Positions 12,071 through 25,257 of a stretch of 64,000 nt of DNA are shown piece by piece (the stretch's first letter is position 1; every line of letters begins with the position of its first letter). The stretch lies in contig QPMI01000165.1 of NCBI GenBank assembly GCA_004431415.1, forward strand, positions 186,001-250,000, in the 5' to 3' direction. Under the pieces are notes generated by a model. That model was not told the DNA's origin and did not search any database. It saw only the letters and a program-made list of their open reading frames with translations. Origin of the DNA: Cyanophora paradoxa CCMP329. Taxonomy: Eukaryota; Plantae; Glaucophyta. A program made the translations under genes and the position numbers.

Positions 12071-13017
12071 GGTTGTGGTCGCGGCAGTAGTAGAGTCGGA
12101 ACTGGGACTTGGATATCCACTCGCGGGCCGTGGTCTTGTTTATGTCGCTGTATGCAACCTTTGGATGGTATCCTTGATACTGGGACACGATCTCCGCAAT
12201 GCCTTCAGCATCCGGCGTGCCCGTTGACCTGACATGAAAGGCAGGCACTCTCCAGGGGATCAAGAGACGCCGATCCGGCTGAGGCTCGCCGGCGCGGGCT
12301 GCAGGGGCGGTCTTCTTCTTGCCGCTGGGCGGTCCTCCATGTCGCGCTCTCTTCTTGGCCGCCATCCGCGGCTGTTGCGCGTCGTACCAGCTGCCGGCAC
12401 CGTCGTCGTCGTCGTCGTCGCCGTCGTCGGGCACAGTGGAGGAGGAGGAGAAGATCGTGAACCGCGGCTGCGGGGTCCGGAGAAGGGGCGGCGCCGGTGC
12501 CGGCACCGGGGTCGCCTGGTCAGCCTGGCAGCCGGTCAGTGTTGTTGCATGCGCGCGCAGTGCGGGTCCGCCGCCGGCGAACCTGTTGATTGCCGCCTCC
12601 CGGAAAGTTCTCATCCGCGGCGCCCCTTTCGACTTCACAGACGTCATTCCAAATCCCCGCTGACTCTGCAAGTTCGCCGTCTAACGGCTGCAGATTCAAC
12701 TCGTAGCCAGCGGTTCTCCAGGCGGCCAGCGGTTCTCCAGGCAGTCGGGATGGCAGCGAGGAGAATGCTTCTTGCAGCGGATCGTATGGTGGGTCTTGCA
12801 GCGGATCGAACGGTTCGAACCGCGCCAAATCGTCGCTCATTCGATCGCGCGAGCTCGCGCCCGTCGCCCGCCGCGGCCGGGCGACGCCGACGTGCGCGCG
12901 CGCGGCGCCCGATCCGCGCGGTCCGTCCGGTGGTCGGTCCACGACGAAGAAGAAGGGGGGGGGTACGTGTTTTTCGCCCCACGTGACTTTTTTCGTCCCA
13001 CGGGGTACGTCATCGTG

Positions 13018-13809
13018 ATGGCGGCGGCACCAGCTGCAGCTCCGGATCCGGATCTAAACCCCGCGACTGGAGTCCAGCGGCGATGGTTTGCAATCTTCTG
13101 GGCGCTCGAGGGCGCCGGCGACGTGCCGACGGCCTTCACCCTCCACAGGACGCAGCGCCAGCCAAACCCCCCCGCGGCGCCGGCGCCGGCGCCTTACCGG
13201 ATCCCCTTCAGCGCCGCCCAGCGGGACGAGCTGCAGCGCATCCGGGACGGGCCCGAGGGCATCCACCACATCAAGCTAGACCCCCGCGGCATCGTGGTCA
13301 ACGACATCATCTCCCGACGGAAGGACTCGGACGGGAGGGAGGTGTGGCACAACCGCACGTGCGGGCCCGGGAACGAAAGGTGCACTTTTCGCATCGGAAT
13401 CATCCCCTTCGACGAGGCCCAGCGGGGCCAGATCAGGCAGGCGGTTCGCGAGTTCTTCAATGAATCGAATCCGCCGCCGAAGGCGAGCGAGATCTACATG
13501 CTACCCTGGCACGGTACGCTTTTTCCGGTACGGGAGGGGTGCACGAGGGTTCGGTACGCGCAATCGGGGACGGAGGCGTGCGCCCCGAAGCCCTGGGTCA
13601 AGTTCGCTGGCCAGGGCTCGCACGCGCCGACCTGCTGGAGGGACGAAACGCGGCAGAGGGGCCTGCTCCAGATCCAGGCCAAGGGCAACCCCTCGGGCAC
13701 GGAGGCGTGCACGCGCTTCCCGCCGGCGTACTACGGAGACCGGTGGCCGGCGGCGCCGCCCCGCCGCGGCGGTTTCTACGACAACGCCTGGCTGGCCGGC
13801 GGCGGCTAG
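13018..13809 (+). CDS. Hypothetical protein, apparently intact
   Basis: Continuous GC3-rich ORF to TAG. Confidence 0.55.
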   Translation: MAAAPAAAPDPDLNPATGVQRRWFAIFWALEGAGDVPTAFTLHRTQRQPNPPAAPAPAPYRIPFSAAQRDELQRIRDGPEGIHHIKLDPRGIVVNDIISRRKDSDGREVWHNRTCGPGNERCTFRIGIIPFDEAQRGQIRQAVREFFNESNPPPKASEIYMLPWHGTLFPVREGCTRVRYAQSGTEACAPKPWVKFAGQGSHAPTCWRDETRQRGLLQIQAKGNPSGTEACTRFPPAYYGDRWPAAPPRRGGFYDNAWLAGGG

Positions 13810-13985
13810 CTAGCTGGCCGCAGGCTCCGCCGCCGCCCCCGCGACCGCCCGGCAGAAGAAGCGGAACTCGTCATCCGACATGTCGGCCTTCATGAGGTTG
13901 CACTGGGCGCAGACGAGCCGCACGTTGCCGGGCACGTAGCCCAGCGCTGGGTCGATCCTGTCCACGGACATGTTGTAGGCTGCGG
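13810..13985 (-). pseudogene. HNH-like endonuclease 3' segment
   Basis: SVDRIDPALGYVPGNVRLVCAQCNLMK. Confidence 0.75.
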
Positions 13986-14159
13986 CGGTGCCGTAGTCCT
14001 GCTCGTAGCCCCAGTTGGAGGAGGAGGCGCCGGCGCCGCCGTAGTTGTCCTGGCTGTAGTTGTAGTCCTGCAGCTGGGCACCGGTAGCCCGCATCGACGA
14101 CGTGCGGAAACCGGCCGTATCGGCCCTGCTCCACGCTCGTGGCTGCCCGTCCAACTGCA

Positions 14160-14679
14160 CGACGACCAGGTCCACCGCGGTCGCGGCCACGTAGGCCGGG
14201 CCGAGGAGGCCCGCGAGCGTGGCGTGGAAGATGCGCATGGCGGGCTTGGTAACACCCGCCTTGCCCATCCGCCAGTACGACAGGAACCAGGCGAAGATAC
14301 CAAAGGCGATCCAGGCGAACATCAAATTGACCTTGTTCTGGGCACCCCATGTCGCCATGTTGCCGAGCGGCGCGGCCATGGTGCCGATGACGCCGTCCTG
14401 CTTGAAGGCCGCGGCCGGCCGGGCGGCAACGACGGGGGGGCGGAGTGGCACGGCCACTCCGAACTGCTGCTGGGCCCGGCCGAGGCGCGGGGCCGCGCCG
14501 GCGATGGCCGCCGCAGAGGAGTGGCCATGGCCGCCGGCGGCGGCGGCGGCCCGCTGGGCGACCATGGCCTGCGCCTGCACCTGCGCCTGGTGCTGCTGCT
14601 GGCCGGGGCGGCCCGCGTTGAAGACCTCGCTGATGGGCGCGGCGCTGTCGACGGTGGAACCGGCAGTGGGGGATGCCAT
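14160..14679 (-). pseudogene. Membrane protein 5' segment
   Basis: FAWIAFGIFAWFLSYW...LAGLLGPAYV. Confidence 0.55.
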
Positions 14680-14748
14680 GGGGGTGCTGCGGGGCTGCTA
14701 TATATATCGAACTAGGATCAAAGAAAAAAACTTTGCCCAGGTCGAACG

Positions 14749-15130
14749 ATGTCGGCCGCAAGGTACACCGCCGGTCAGGAGGACGACGTGGCGCCTGCCG
14801 AGGGGGCGCTCGGCATGGCAGGCCCCTGCCGACAGGGCTCCGAGAGCAGCGGCACCAGCGACACCCCCACAGCGGCAAATTCGTTGCCGCTGTCGTCCGA
14901 CGGCACCTCGGCGTCCCAGGCGTCATTGGAGCGCACCCAATGGACGAGTGAACAGGAATCGCTCCTGGTCGGATGGGGGAGGGCGCTGGCCCGGCTGCGG
15001 GAGTACCACCTCTCAGCCAAGCGCTTCTACTGGGCCTGGGAGTACGCGATGACGGTGCCTAGCCTCCTCCTCTCCACGACAGTGACGGTGCTAATAGCCA
15101 TTCAAACCTTTTCTGGCAAAACAGACGACT
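14749..15130 (+). pseudogene. SLATT-like two-TM protein, 5' segment
   Basis: WTSEQESLLVGW...HLSAKRFY...TVPSLLLSTTV. Confidence 0.6.
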
Positions 15131-15356
15131 TGCTGCGTGCGATGCCCTGCTCCTGCCGCGGGACGTTCGATCCTGGGACGGGCGCCTGGGCCTTCCCCGG
15201 GGTCTCCACGCCTGTTCCAGGCGTGGTAGCGGTCGCCTCCTCGCACCGACGCCGCGGGCCGCACCTGCACACGCCCGCCACGGCCGCCGCCGTCTTCGTT
15301 GTGGCCGGAACCGCCGCCGTCGCCGCCGCCGCCCTCTGGCGGCCAGCAGCAACACC

Positions 15357-15648
15357 ATGGTCGCGCCGGCGGCCTCCTGGCGCCGGACGGCGGTGATGCG
15401 CTGGATCCACGACAGCGGCTTCTCCGTGAAGGACCAGAAGTCGGCGACGCACCTGCTCATGACCGGCGGCAAGATCCGCATCCCGCCCGAGCGCGAGGAC
15501 GAGTTCCTCGCGCGCTACGCGGCCGACGTGGCGCTCGGGCACGGCCAGCTCTTCTTCGTGGAGAAGCGCACGCCCGTCTTCCGCCTCTTCGCCGACCTGG
15601 ACTTCCTGGACGACCGGCCCTACGACCTGGCCACCGACGTGCGCCCGT
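15357..15648 (+). pseudogene. NCLDV A468R-like archaeo-eukaryotic primase, 5' segment
   Basis: THLLMTGGKIRIP...FFVEKRTPVFRLFADLDF. Confidence 0.8.
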
Positions 15649-16006
15649 TGAGGCGCCGCTGGCGGCGGGCGCCCTCCGTAGAGACCGACAGGAGCGCAAG
15701 GAGCGCCACCACAAGGTACGTCTGGCCGTAGGTGATCTGGCGAGTAGTAAGTAAGCGTGCGCGGGCCGTCCGCTCTCCACTCTTACCTCGAAGGACGAGC
15801 CCGCCGCGACCAGAATGGCCTGCACGATGACCCGCCCCACGAGCGGCTTGACCGCCAGCACCAGGGCGAGCTCCAGCGCACAGAAGAGGAAGTCCTCGCA
15901 ATCCATCCGGCTCGCACACACAAGACCACCCCTGTACCCCCCCCCCTACCGCGTCGGACAGGTGGTGCGATTTATAGCGGCCATACGGCAACCGCAACAA
16001 CACAGC

Positions 16007-17292
16007 ATGGAGCCGGCCGATCTCGTATCCATCCGAACGTGCATCGAGCGTTGCGCCCCAGCTGAGGGAATGCCAGCAGGACAGGACGCGGCTGCAGGAG
16101 CGAATCGCGGTCGTCGATCGGGAGCGGGATGTGCTCGCGGGCAGGGTTGCAGTACTGGAGGCTGATCTTGCGGTGCGCCAGGTGGAGGTTGGAAGACTTG
16201 GGGGGGAGCTGGCAGCGTGCCAGGGGGAGGCTGCAAGGCTTCGGGCTGCCCTTGAGCAATGCCGGGAGAATCTGCGTGTTCAGAACGACCGGGCCAACGA
16301 AGCTGAGCGCCGGAGGGCCGTGGCCGAACAGCAAGTGCAGGCCTTGCAGCAGCAAGTCCGAATGGCCGTCGCAGACAGGCTAGAGTTCGAGCGTCGGGCA
16401 GAGGAGGCCGTGCAGGCGCTGGGGGAGGCGCGCCTTGCAGTGGAAGCCGCACGGGCAGAGGCCAATGCCGAGCGGCAGCGCCGGGTGCCCGTCGAGCAGG
16501 AGCGCGACGACGCGCGCCGCCAGCTGGAGGAAGAGCGAGGGCGCCGGGCGCCCGTCGAGCGGGAGCGCGACGACGCGCGCCGGGAACGCGACGAGGCACG
16601 CCGCCGGCTGGAGGCTGGTGAGCTGGAACGGGATCGCGCCCGGGCACAGGTGGACGCTGCAGACAACGTGGCCATGTTCGATCTGTTGGAAGGGAGGCTG
16701 CGGGACCTTCTTGAAGATCAGGACCTCGCTCCCCAGGGAAATCGAGATCTCATCCGCCAGCTTCTTGGCGTTGTCGTCGACCAGGCCGCAGATTATAGGA
16801 CTCAGGCGGCGATGAATTCTTGGAGGGTACTTGCCGAGTTTTGGCTGGGCAGATTGAACGCGGTCATTCGTTTGGTCCCTGCCGACGACCCTCTTCGGGC
16901 CGAGGTGCCTGAACAAGACGGCCGCCGCGGCCGGGTCCGTTTCCTCATGGCAGTGGTCCGTGCTTACCTGCGTGATCGCCGCCAGCTGGACGCTGCAAAC
17001 TATGCAGCCATGCACGTCCATCTACAAGGGAGGCTGGATGCACTTTTAGCACTGCCCTTTGAGCCTGCAGTGATAGAGGAGCTCCGGCAGATTCGCCAAA
17101 CCGTCGAGGCTGACAATCTTCCTGCAACAATCACTGCCTGGATTCGGGTCGTCGGGATTTTGCAGAGGCAGGTAAACCTGGACGCAAATCAGTTTCTTCA
17201 GGCACTCCGCCGCCGCATAGAACCCGCCCTCAATGGCTTACGTAATGCACTTCCCGCAGACGACCCTCTCCGGGCCCTGCTCATGTTGCCCG
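16007..17292 (+). pseudogene. Coiled-coil protein 5' segment
   Basis: Heptad region plus PADDPLRA repeats; one extra C near 16056. Confidence 0.55.
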
Positions 17293-17440
17293 TGACGAGC
17301 GAGGTCACCGGGAAGGCCCAGCAGATGCCGTCCTCGCGGTTCGCGGCGTGGCGCGAGCGCTGGGAGAACGACATCCCCTACGTGCACGAGAAGATCCTCT
17401 CGGACGGGGCGCAGCGCTGGGAGGTGCGCATCGACGACCG

Positions 17441-17635
17441 GCCCGCCGTGCCGTACCCCCCGTGCGTTGCGCCGCCCGCGGTCTGCGTGCCCCCAAAAGC
17501 GCCGAGGTTCGATCTCGCCCCCTGCAGGCCGCCGCCGGCCCCTCCATTTGAACCGATGTAACCCCCGCCGCCGCCGCCGCCGGCTGTGATTAGATCGGCC
17601 ACGGGCGCTACACCGACCTTGAAGAGGCCCCCGAC
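17441..17635 (-). pseudogene. Gly-rich domain internal segment
   Basis: LITAGGGGGGG...GGTQTAGG...GYGTAG; pointer GCGGGC to 6103. Confidence 0.8.
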
Positions 17636-18449
17636 GCGGATGCCTTCTGCCGAGCCGGGCGCGTCTTTCGCCGGTCCCGTCCGGGGCTCCTTGTTCTCCC
17701 CACCTGTGGACGCTGCCCGCGCTGCTCGCCCCGTACAAGGCCCGCAATCAAGGCGCCAGGCTGGAGTTCTGGCAGATCGAGGTGTCGGAAGCAACCTGGC
17801 GGGACCCGTCAATTGCATCATTTGACGTGTGGTACGGCACCGGCATACCTGGCATCCAAGTGACAGTGCAGAAGGCCGCCGGCCAGGCGGCCGAGGAGGT
17901 CCCCGTGGGGTTGATTCGCACCACCGAAATGTCCCGGCCGATTCCCGGCGGAAATGCCAGACTACACCCGATGTACTTCGATGCTGGTTCCGGCAATTCG
18001 AACACGGCGGTCATCGAGGGCTACGTCCGGGTGCACGTTCGCCCCCCTCCAGGGGCGCTCACGGACGGATTTACGGTCCATTTCCGTGTCGTCGGGCCCA
18101 ACGGGGAGCCGAGAAACAACGGCGATCGGTCGAACAAGACAGTGGATGTCCCCAGGCTGGAGAGGGAAGAATACCTACCCCGGGCGTACCAGGGCCGAAG
18201 GGAGCTCCCCAAGTGGGACAGCGATGAGCGCGTCCTCCAGGCCCTAATCCAGCAGACGGCCAAGGAAGATGCGGCGGCCGCACAGGCTCCGGCCCCGGCC
18301 CCGCCGGCCGCCGCGGCCCCGCCCCCGCCCCGGCCCGGCCGACGGCCTCTGGCGCGCACAGCGGGACAGGCTCGAGGAGTCGATCCGACTCGAGTTCCGC
18401 GACAGGGAGAACGCCGCCGCCGGCCGGCCGGCGCCGCTGGCCCCCCGCC

Positions 18450-18785
18450 CACGAAGCGGGAGGCGGCGCGCCTGCGGCGGGCAGCGTCCGAGGCCGCCCG
18501 CCAGCGCCGGCAGGAGGACGCGCTCCGTATGCGGCAGGAGGGGCTCCCGCTCGCCCGCATCGCGGGCGCGATGGGCGTCGGGGTCTCGAGCGCCTGCAGG
18601 ATGATCCGGCGCGCCGGGCGTCCACGCCGGCGCCCGGCGCCCGGTCCGGCGGCGATCAAGGCCCTGGCCCTTGGGGGCGACGCCGCCCTGCGGGAGAAGG
18701 TGCTGGACCTCCACCTGCACCACCCGACAATCTCGGGGCGGGAGGTGGCGGCGCTCCTGAACGGCGGCGGGGGGGCGGCGGCGGC
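18450..18785 (+). mobile_element. Transposase-like double HTH N-terminal segment
   Basis: GLPLARIAGAMGVGVSSACRMIRR...HPTISGREVAALL; architecture typical of IS630/Tc1. Confidence 0.55.
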
Positions 18786-18825
18786 CGACTTGGCCGTCGA
18801 GGTGGAGGAGGGCCAGCGGGGGGAG

Positions 18826-19355
18826 CTGGAGCGCACGAAGAAGATGCCCGCGTTGAACTCGGCGTTGAAGCTCGAGGTGTGCACGTTGGGGGGGTCATCG
18901 CCCCCGAAGAAGGAGCGCGAGGGGAAGGGGCTCACAACGTCCTCGATGGCCCAGCTGCCCCGGTGAAAGGCGGCGTCCGTGTCGACCCAGCAGACGAGGT
19001 CGTAGTGCCCCCCCTCGAGGTGGTGCTGAACGAGCCAGACTTTGGCCCAGTAGGGCGGCATGCCCCCGACCCGCTCCCGGTGGAAGATGTACGTGTACCC
19101 GTGGCGGTCCGCATACGCCGCGTTCAGCCGGCAGAGGTCCACCTGGTGCCCCAGGAGCTCGTCGGGGCGGTCGTCGTACTGCAGCACCAGGATGCGGGGC
19201 CCACGTCGTACACTGGCGGCGCCGGGGGGGCCGGGCAGGGGGGCGAGCATGCGCCTGCGGTACAGGCGGTAGCGGAAGAGGCCGACTCGCAGGCACACGA
19301 GCGCGGCGAGGAGCGCGGCAGCCACCAGGAGAAGCGCGACCCTCTTCTTCTTCAT
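18826..19355 (-). pseudogene. GT34 (GMA12/MNN10) glycosyltransferase, 5' segment
   Basis: TM anchor, YADRHGY, PYWAKV, WVDTDA, FNAGIFFVR. Confidence 0.85.
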
Positions 19356-20571
19356 GTCATCAGCTTGTGGGCAGCGGAAAATTACGCCGCCTTCCGCTTC
19401 TTCTTCTTCGAGGATGACCCCGCTGCATGGCCCGCGCGATCGCCGCACACAGCTCGGCGCGCCTCATGCGCGAGATGCCGCCCTGCACGCCGCACCGGAC
19501 CGCGAAGGCCCGGAGGGCGTCCATGTTGAGTGGGGGCGGGGCGATCTGGGTGGAGGAGGTGGAGGAGGTGGAACAGGAGGAGGCCGCCGGCGCCGGCGCC
19601 GGTCGCGGCCGCGGCGGCTGCTGCTGGAGGAGCGTGTGGCCGCCGCGGCGGCCACCGCGGCCGTGGGCGGCGCCGCCGCCGCCACCGCGTCGGCATGCTG
19701 CTGCTGTTGCCTGGGGCCCATGCCTTCACCGGTACCGCTACCTGCCGCCCAGAAAATTCGCGGCGCGGTCAGTACGCGAGGCGTGCGGCGGGCTAGGGGC
19801 TGGGGCGGGGCCTGGCGGCAGCGCCACGGCATCGCGAAGGGCAGTGGCCTCGGGCCGTGTCGTGCCCCGCAAAGAAGCCGGCCTGGTAGTTGGGCTCGGC
19901 CGGCAGCAGGCCGGCGCCGATGCGGGCGGTCGCGGCTGGCCCGCCGATGGGGACCGGGGGCGCGAACGGCGAAACGAAGGGCGCCGGCGCCGGCTGGGTG
20001 CGGTCGACCCGACCGCCCCTGCACGTTGGTGCCGGCGGCGCCCAGCCAGGCCGGCTGCGGCTCGGGGCGCATCATCGGCTGGGTGGCGGCCGGCGCTGGC
20101 GCGCTCTGCTGGAAGGAGGTGCCTGCGGCCTCCGCCTTCTTGCCGTACCTGCTCAGCCAGGTACCGACCGGGTCCGGGTCCGGGAAGCGCGGGTTCAGGG
20201 CGCCATCCTGCGCGTACGACGCCTGCGCCTGCGCCTGTGCCTGCGCCGCCATGTACGCCGGGCAGTCGGGCCGGCCGCAGCGGGTGCAGCCGGTGGCGCG
20301 GGGGGCTGCCGGGTGCTGGACGTGGTGGAGGACCACCTCGGCGGGGGCGCCCGCCCCGGTGGAGGGAGGGGAGAAGAAGAGGAAGTAAATGACCAGCCCG
20401 AGGAGGAGGGAGGCAATCCCCACCTTCAGCGCCGCCGAACACGATGCGGAGGGCGAGCCGGAATCCATGTCGAGGTCACCGCCGGCACCACGGAGAGACA
20501 TAGCAGCAACACACAGTACAGTTGTACACTCGATATTTTTTCGGCAGCGGGTCGGCCGCATACTACACGTG

Positions 20572-20966
20572 CTAGATGGGGCTCGGGGGCGGGGCGGAGA
20601 AGGTCAGGAGCATGGTCAGCGAGCTGGGAAGGCCGGTGATGGCGGGGTTCGCCCACACTGACGACTGCCCGTCCGGGCCCGTGACCTTGATAACGGCGTT
20701 CTTCAGGGAGGCGACCCCAAGGCGCCCGAACGGGCGGCCGGTGCCCTTGTAGGACTCTGCGAATCGCGGGTTGACAAGCGTCTCGGCGAAGAGCGGGAGG
20801 GCCCCCGAGACGCCCTGGAGGTTGGAGCGGAGGGCCGTGTCCACGCCGTCGATGGAAATAAGCACGTATGGGAGCTCCACCTTAATGCCCTGGAGGCTGA
20901 AGGCGGAGAGGTGTACACGGGTGCCGAGGGGGAAGACGGGGGAGTCGCTGATCGCGAAACGGAGGG
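20572..20966 (-). pseudogene. Beta-rich, possibly penton or minor-capsid-like, 3' segment
   Basis: PYVLISIDG...SLKNAVIKVTGPDG...LLTF pattern; weak. Confidence 0.35.
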
Positions 20967-21589
20967 TCGCGACGCGGCGGTAGACGACCCGCGGCGGCGC
21001 CGGCACCGCGCCGGCGCCCGAGGCCTCCTCCTCCGACTCGATCACCTCGGCGCGGCAGAGGGTCACGAGCTCGCCGCTGTCGCCGCAGACCACGAGGTGG
21101 TGGCCGTCGTCGGAGACGCAGATGGGGGCGACCTCGTCGAGGCCGGCCGTCGTCGCCGCGATGCAGGCCTCGTGCGGGATCGCGCCGCTCTCGACCGTGA
21201 CCTCGGCGAACCGCGTCCGGTCCATGCCGATGCCGATGAGCGCCCCCTGCCCGAGCGCCGGGTTGAGCAGGAGCGCGAGGGCGCCCAGGAGGGTCGCCCC
21301 GGGCCCGCCCCGCAGCGGGAAAATCTCGGCGCCGCCCGGCCCGCCCTCGCTCTGCTCGGGGCCGCCAGGCGACGGCAACGAAGCCTCTGCCGGCAGGTCG
21401 ATCGCGTAGAGGGGCTGCACGCCCCGGGGCGAGAGGGCGAAGAGGACGGCGCACTCCGCGCCCGTCCAGACCAGGGGCCCGCCCCCGTGCGGGGACGCCC
21501 CCACTTCCCGGGCGCCGTAGAAGCAGAGGAGGAGCGGGGTCGCGGGCGAGCGGGTGCCGCGCCCCCCGACGAGGGCCGCGTCGTAGACC
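20963..21589 (-). pseudogene. Segment 4 of the seven-piece gene
   Basis: Starts VYDAAL, ends RRVATL; pointer CGACCCT at 20963-20969. Confidence 0.75.
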
Positions 21590-21796
21590 CCGATCTCTGC
21601 GGCACCTGCGGCGGCGACAGCTCGGCATGCACATCCGCCGGCTGCCTCCCTGGCCAGCTTCGTGACGTCTGTGGCACGTGCGGGGGCGATGGGCTCGCAT
21701 GCTCCGACCCGGGGTGCCCACCCGGCCAGCGCCGCGACGGGTGCGGGCTCTGCGGCGGGAACGACAGCACCTGCCGGGACCCCGAGTGCCCCCCCA
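21588..21796 (+). pseudogene. Cys-rich repeat segment (DxCGxCGGD)
   Basis: Three repeats of CGxCGGDxxxC. Confidence 0.75.
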
Positions 21797-23470
21797 TCGC
21801 CAACCAAGGTTCTCAAGGACCGAGTGGATCCGATCCCTGCCGAACGGCCGGATTCGAGCACCCCACCACGGGTTGTCGAGGATGTTGATCCAGTTGATCT
21901 TCCCAGCGGCCACTAGAGCGATGGCGAAAACCAGGCCCGGCAGCGGCACGTCCAATACCCTCGGGGGTAGCGCTTCGATGACCTCCTGCACCCGCATCGC
22001 TCGTCTGACGCTATAGAAAAATCGTGTGCGGTTGGTTGGCTGCGGGGTGCGTCACGTGCCGGCACCGGGCCGCGCCGTGAACTGCTGGCGGGGGGATTTG
22101 ACCATGAAACAAACCACGATCTCCCAGATGCCCGGCGGCCCGATGGGGGGGGAGTTGGACCCGAGCACGAGGGGGTTCAGGGGCCAGACCAGGTGCGGCA
22201 TTCGGAATCGCGCAATGTCGATGAACCGGCCGTAGGCCACGTCGAACCACGCCTGGTCACGGGGATCGGGGACCCCCTGTGAACCTCTTATTGGGTGCCC
22301 TGCGGGGTCCATGAGCGCCGCGCCTCGGAGGGGGCCGCAGCGGGCGCAGACGCGGCCGCAGCGGCAGGCGAGGCGCCCGCACCCGTTGCATGGGTCCCGC
22401 TCGGCCCTGGGGGCCTTCTTTGGGCGCAGGACGAGGCGCGGCCACCCGGCGAGGGTGGACCCGGCGGCGCGCCAGGCGAGGGCGGCCGGCTGGGTGCCGA
22501 CAAATAGCGCCGAGGCCTCCACAAGGGTGCAGAGGGTGGCACCACGGTCCAGGTCATCGACGCGAAGGGCGAGGAGTGGTCGCTGCGGGGTCGCCGCGGG
22601 GCGGAGGGCCTTGGCGGCGGCGCAGGAGGCCTGGTCGGCGAGGCCGAACAGGGCGATTGTCCGCAGAGGGTACCGACCTCGGCACGACCCTGTGCCGTCC
22701 CTGCCTGGGGCGCGACCGCATCAAGGCCTGGGCACCCCCGCCCGGCCCCGAGGCCCTCGAGCGGCCGGAGGCCCCCGTGCTGTTCAGGTGTGCGCCGCCG
22801 CCGCCGCCCCAGCGCCCCCCCCCCCCCCCCCCTCATGCGGGCGCGCCCCCTCAGGCGCATCCACCTGTTGAACGACTCCTGCCGCATCAACCAGTACGCC
22901 CCGGTCCTGCCGATGGTGTGTATATGTATGCGCGCCCGCCCGCCCGCCGCCCCCCGCCGCCCCCCGGACCGTGCTGGCCGCTGCAGGTCCTGGCGACCCT
23001 CCTGGACTTCACGGACGCCGCCGCGCCGCCCGTCCTGCAGCTGGAGGGGACGCCGACGGCGGGGGCCCTGCGCGAGATCGTGGAGGGCCTCCTCGGCATC
23101 CTGGGGTGCTCTTCGGCCCGGGCCCCGTCTACGTGATGTACCTGGGCAGGGACGAGGATGTGGTGGTGGTGGGCGACCGCACCCCGTGGGCGAACATGCG
23201 GGCCCGCCTGGGGCAGCCCAACCGGGACGGGGTGGTGCCCATTGTGCTGCAGTAGTAGTAATAGTCGCCTGTGTTCTCGATGAATAACATATCACACGCA
23301 GGGAAACCTAAACTCAGCCCCCCCTCAGTCACCCCCCTCCTCCATTGGGTCGACTAGTTCATGATCATCGTCGCCCACCGCCGCCGCCGCCGCCGCCGCC
23401 GCCTGCAGGATCGCGATGAGCCCCGGAGCGAGCTCGAGCAGCGGCGCCTCGCTGCCGCCGCTGCCGCCGC

Positions 23471-23504
<34 letters not shown>

Positions 23505-23648
23505 GCCGCTGCCTGGGCCTCCAAAAGGATCGGGCCGGTTGGTGATGTGGAAGGTCACGCGCTCGAGCCTCCCCGAGGTCAGGAGGGAGTGGATCGGCCC
23601 TTCATACTGGCGGAACTTGCTGGCCGCCGAGCCAGCCCCGGGCCCAGC

Positions 23649-24200
23649 ATGCTGTCGATGGAGAGCATGTCCTCCACGGCGCTCTTCGTCTTCCTCTTCA
23701 GCGCCATGCGTGGCAGCATCGTACCTGCGCTCTCATGCAAGCTGCAGTACATCCTGACGAACTCGATGATCTTCAAGCACGTAATCGGGTTCTTCGCGAT
23801 GCTCACCTTCGTCGTGATGCCCGACCCCGACTACGAGAAGGAGAGCTTCCTGAAGCAGCTCGGGATCAACGCCCTGTACTACACCTGGTTCCTGCTCCTC
23901 AGCCGCTCGCACTGGACGGCGATCCTCGCCGTGCTCGCCGCCATCCTCGCCAACTACGTCCTCACGCTGCGGATCCGGAGCTTCAAGAAGCGGCAGGAGC
24001 GGCCGGAGGAGGTCGAGAAGATGCAGACCGCGACCCGGTGGATCACGATCGGCTCCATGGTCATCACCAGCATCGGCTTCGTCTACTACCTCGTGGATAA
24101 GATGCGAGAGTACGGCAACGGGTTCCAGGTCAAGACGTTCGTGCTCGGGAGCCTGGCCTGCCGGAACGACGACGTGGACAGCATCCCGATTATGGATTTC
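23649..24200 (+). CDS. NCLDV-type multi-pass membrane protein, 3' end truncated
   Basis: LSCKLQYILTNSMIFKHVIGF...IGFVYY...EYG. Confidence 0.65.
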
Positions 24201-24359
24201 ACGACGGCCCCTCGCCGCCATCACGGCCGGGGGCCACTCCCTCGGCGGCGCGATGGCGCACATCTGCGCCCTCGACCTCGCTGCCAACTCGACGCGCGGC
24301 CTGGGGGCGCCCCGCACGCGGATCGGGGCGTACTCGTGGGGCGCCCCCGCCGCCGGCGC

Positions 24360-24998
24360 GGCCACCTGGATGCAGCTCGCGGGGATGATGCCGCCGTTCG
24401 CGTCCTGGCCGTACGCCGAGTTGTAGAGGTCCTGCTGGAACTTCCAGCAGGCGCACTCGGGCTTGGTGGGGTTCGACTTGCAGTGCGTGTCGATCTTGGC
24501 GTTCAGGAGCGCGTACGACGAGGGGAACTGCGTCACCCCCGTCTTGAGGTACATGTTCGACCAGCGCGCGCACCGGGGGTCGGTGATGTTGACCCCCTCC
24601 GAGCAGATGCGGGGCATCTGCTCGAGGCACCACCCCTGGGTCACCCGCCGCGGGTCCTGGCCCGTCTGGTCGACGCACGCGCTGGCGCAACTGTACTTGA
24701 TCCGGATGGTCTTGCCTTCGCCCCAGGCGGGGTCGCCGGCGACGGCGCTCCAGGAGCTGGTGTGGCCCCCGTACGCCCCGCTGACCCACGGGCTCAGGCT
24801 CTCCCCCTGCCAGCCCACCGCCGGGTCGGTCATCCTGTCCTGTATGGCCTTCGTGAGGTCAATGTACCTGGAGGACGACCCGTAGTGCGCCTGCGTGACC
24901 ACGGGGAAGGGGCACTGGAACCGGATGGTGGCCCCCGCCCCGTCTTCCGACCCCGTGAAAGTGAGGTCGAGGGGGGTGATGACGGCAGGGCTCATCAT
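24360..24998 (-). pseudogene. Lectin-like plus poxvirus A16/G9-like Cys-rich protein, 5' segment; continues at 52292
   Basis: QAHYG...GDPAWGEGKTIRIKYSC then CARW...HCKSNPTKPECAC. Confidence 0.55.
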
Positions 24999-25257
24999 TA
25001 TTATTGGTGTGTCGTACTTGTTGCTACTACAGCAAATAAATAAACGACCACTAGAGCCCCAGAAACCCCGGGTCCGACTCCAGGAAGGCTCGCACAGGCC
25101 GGGCGGGCCGGGGACCCTCTTGACGAAGAACTTGGCGTGCGCCATGCAGTACCGCCAGAACTGCGTGGGGCCGCAGCTGCCGTGGAACCAGGCCCGGCAC
25201 CGCTTCTTCGTCACGTTGCCGTTCTTGTCCTTGGTTGGAGCACGTGGTGGCGTCACG

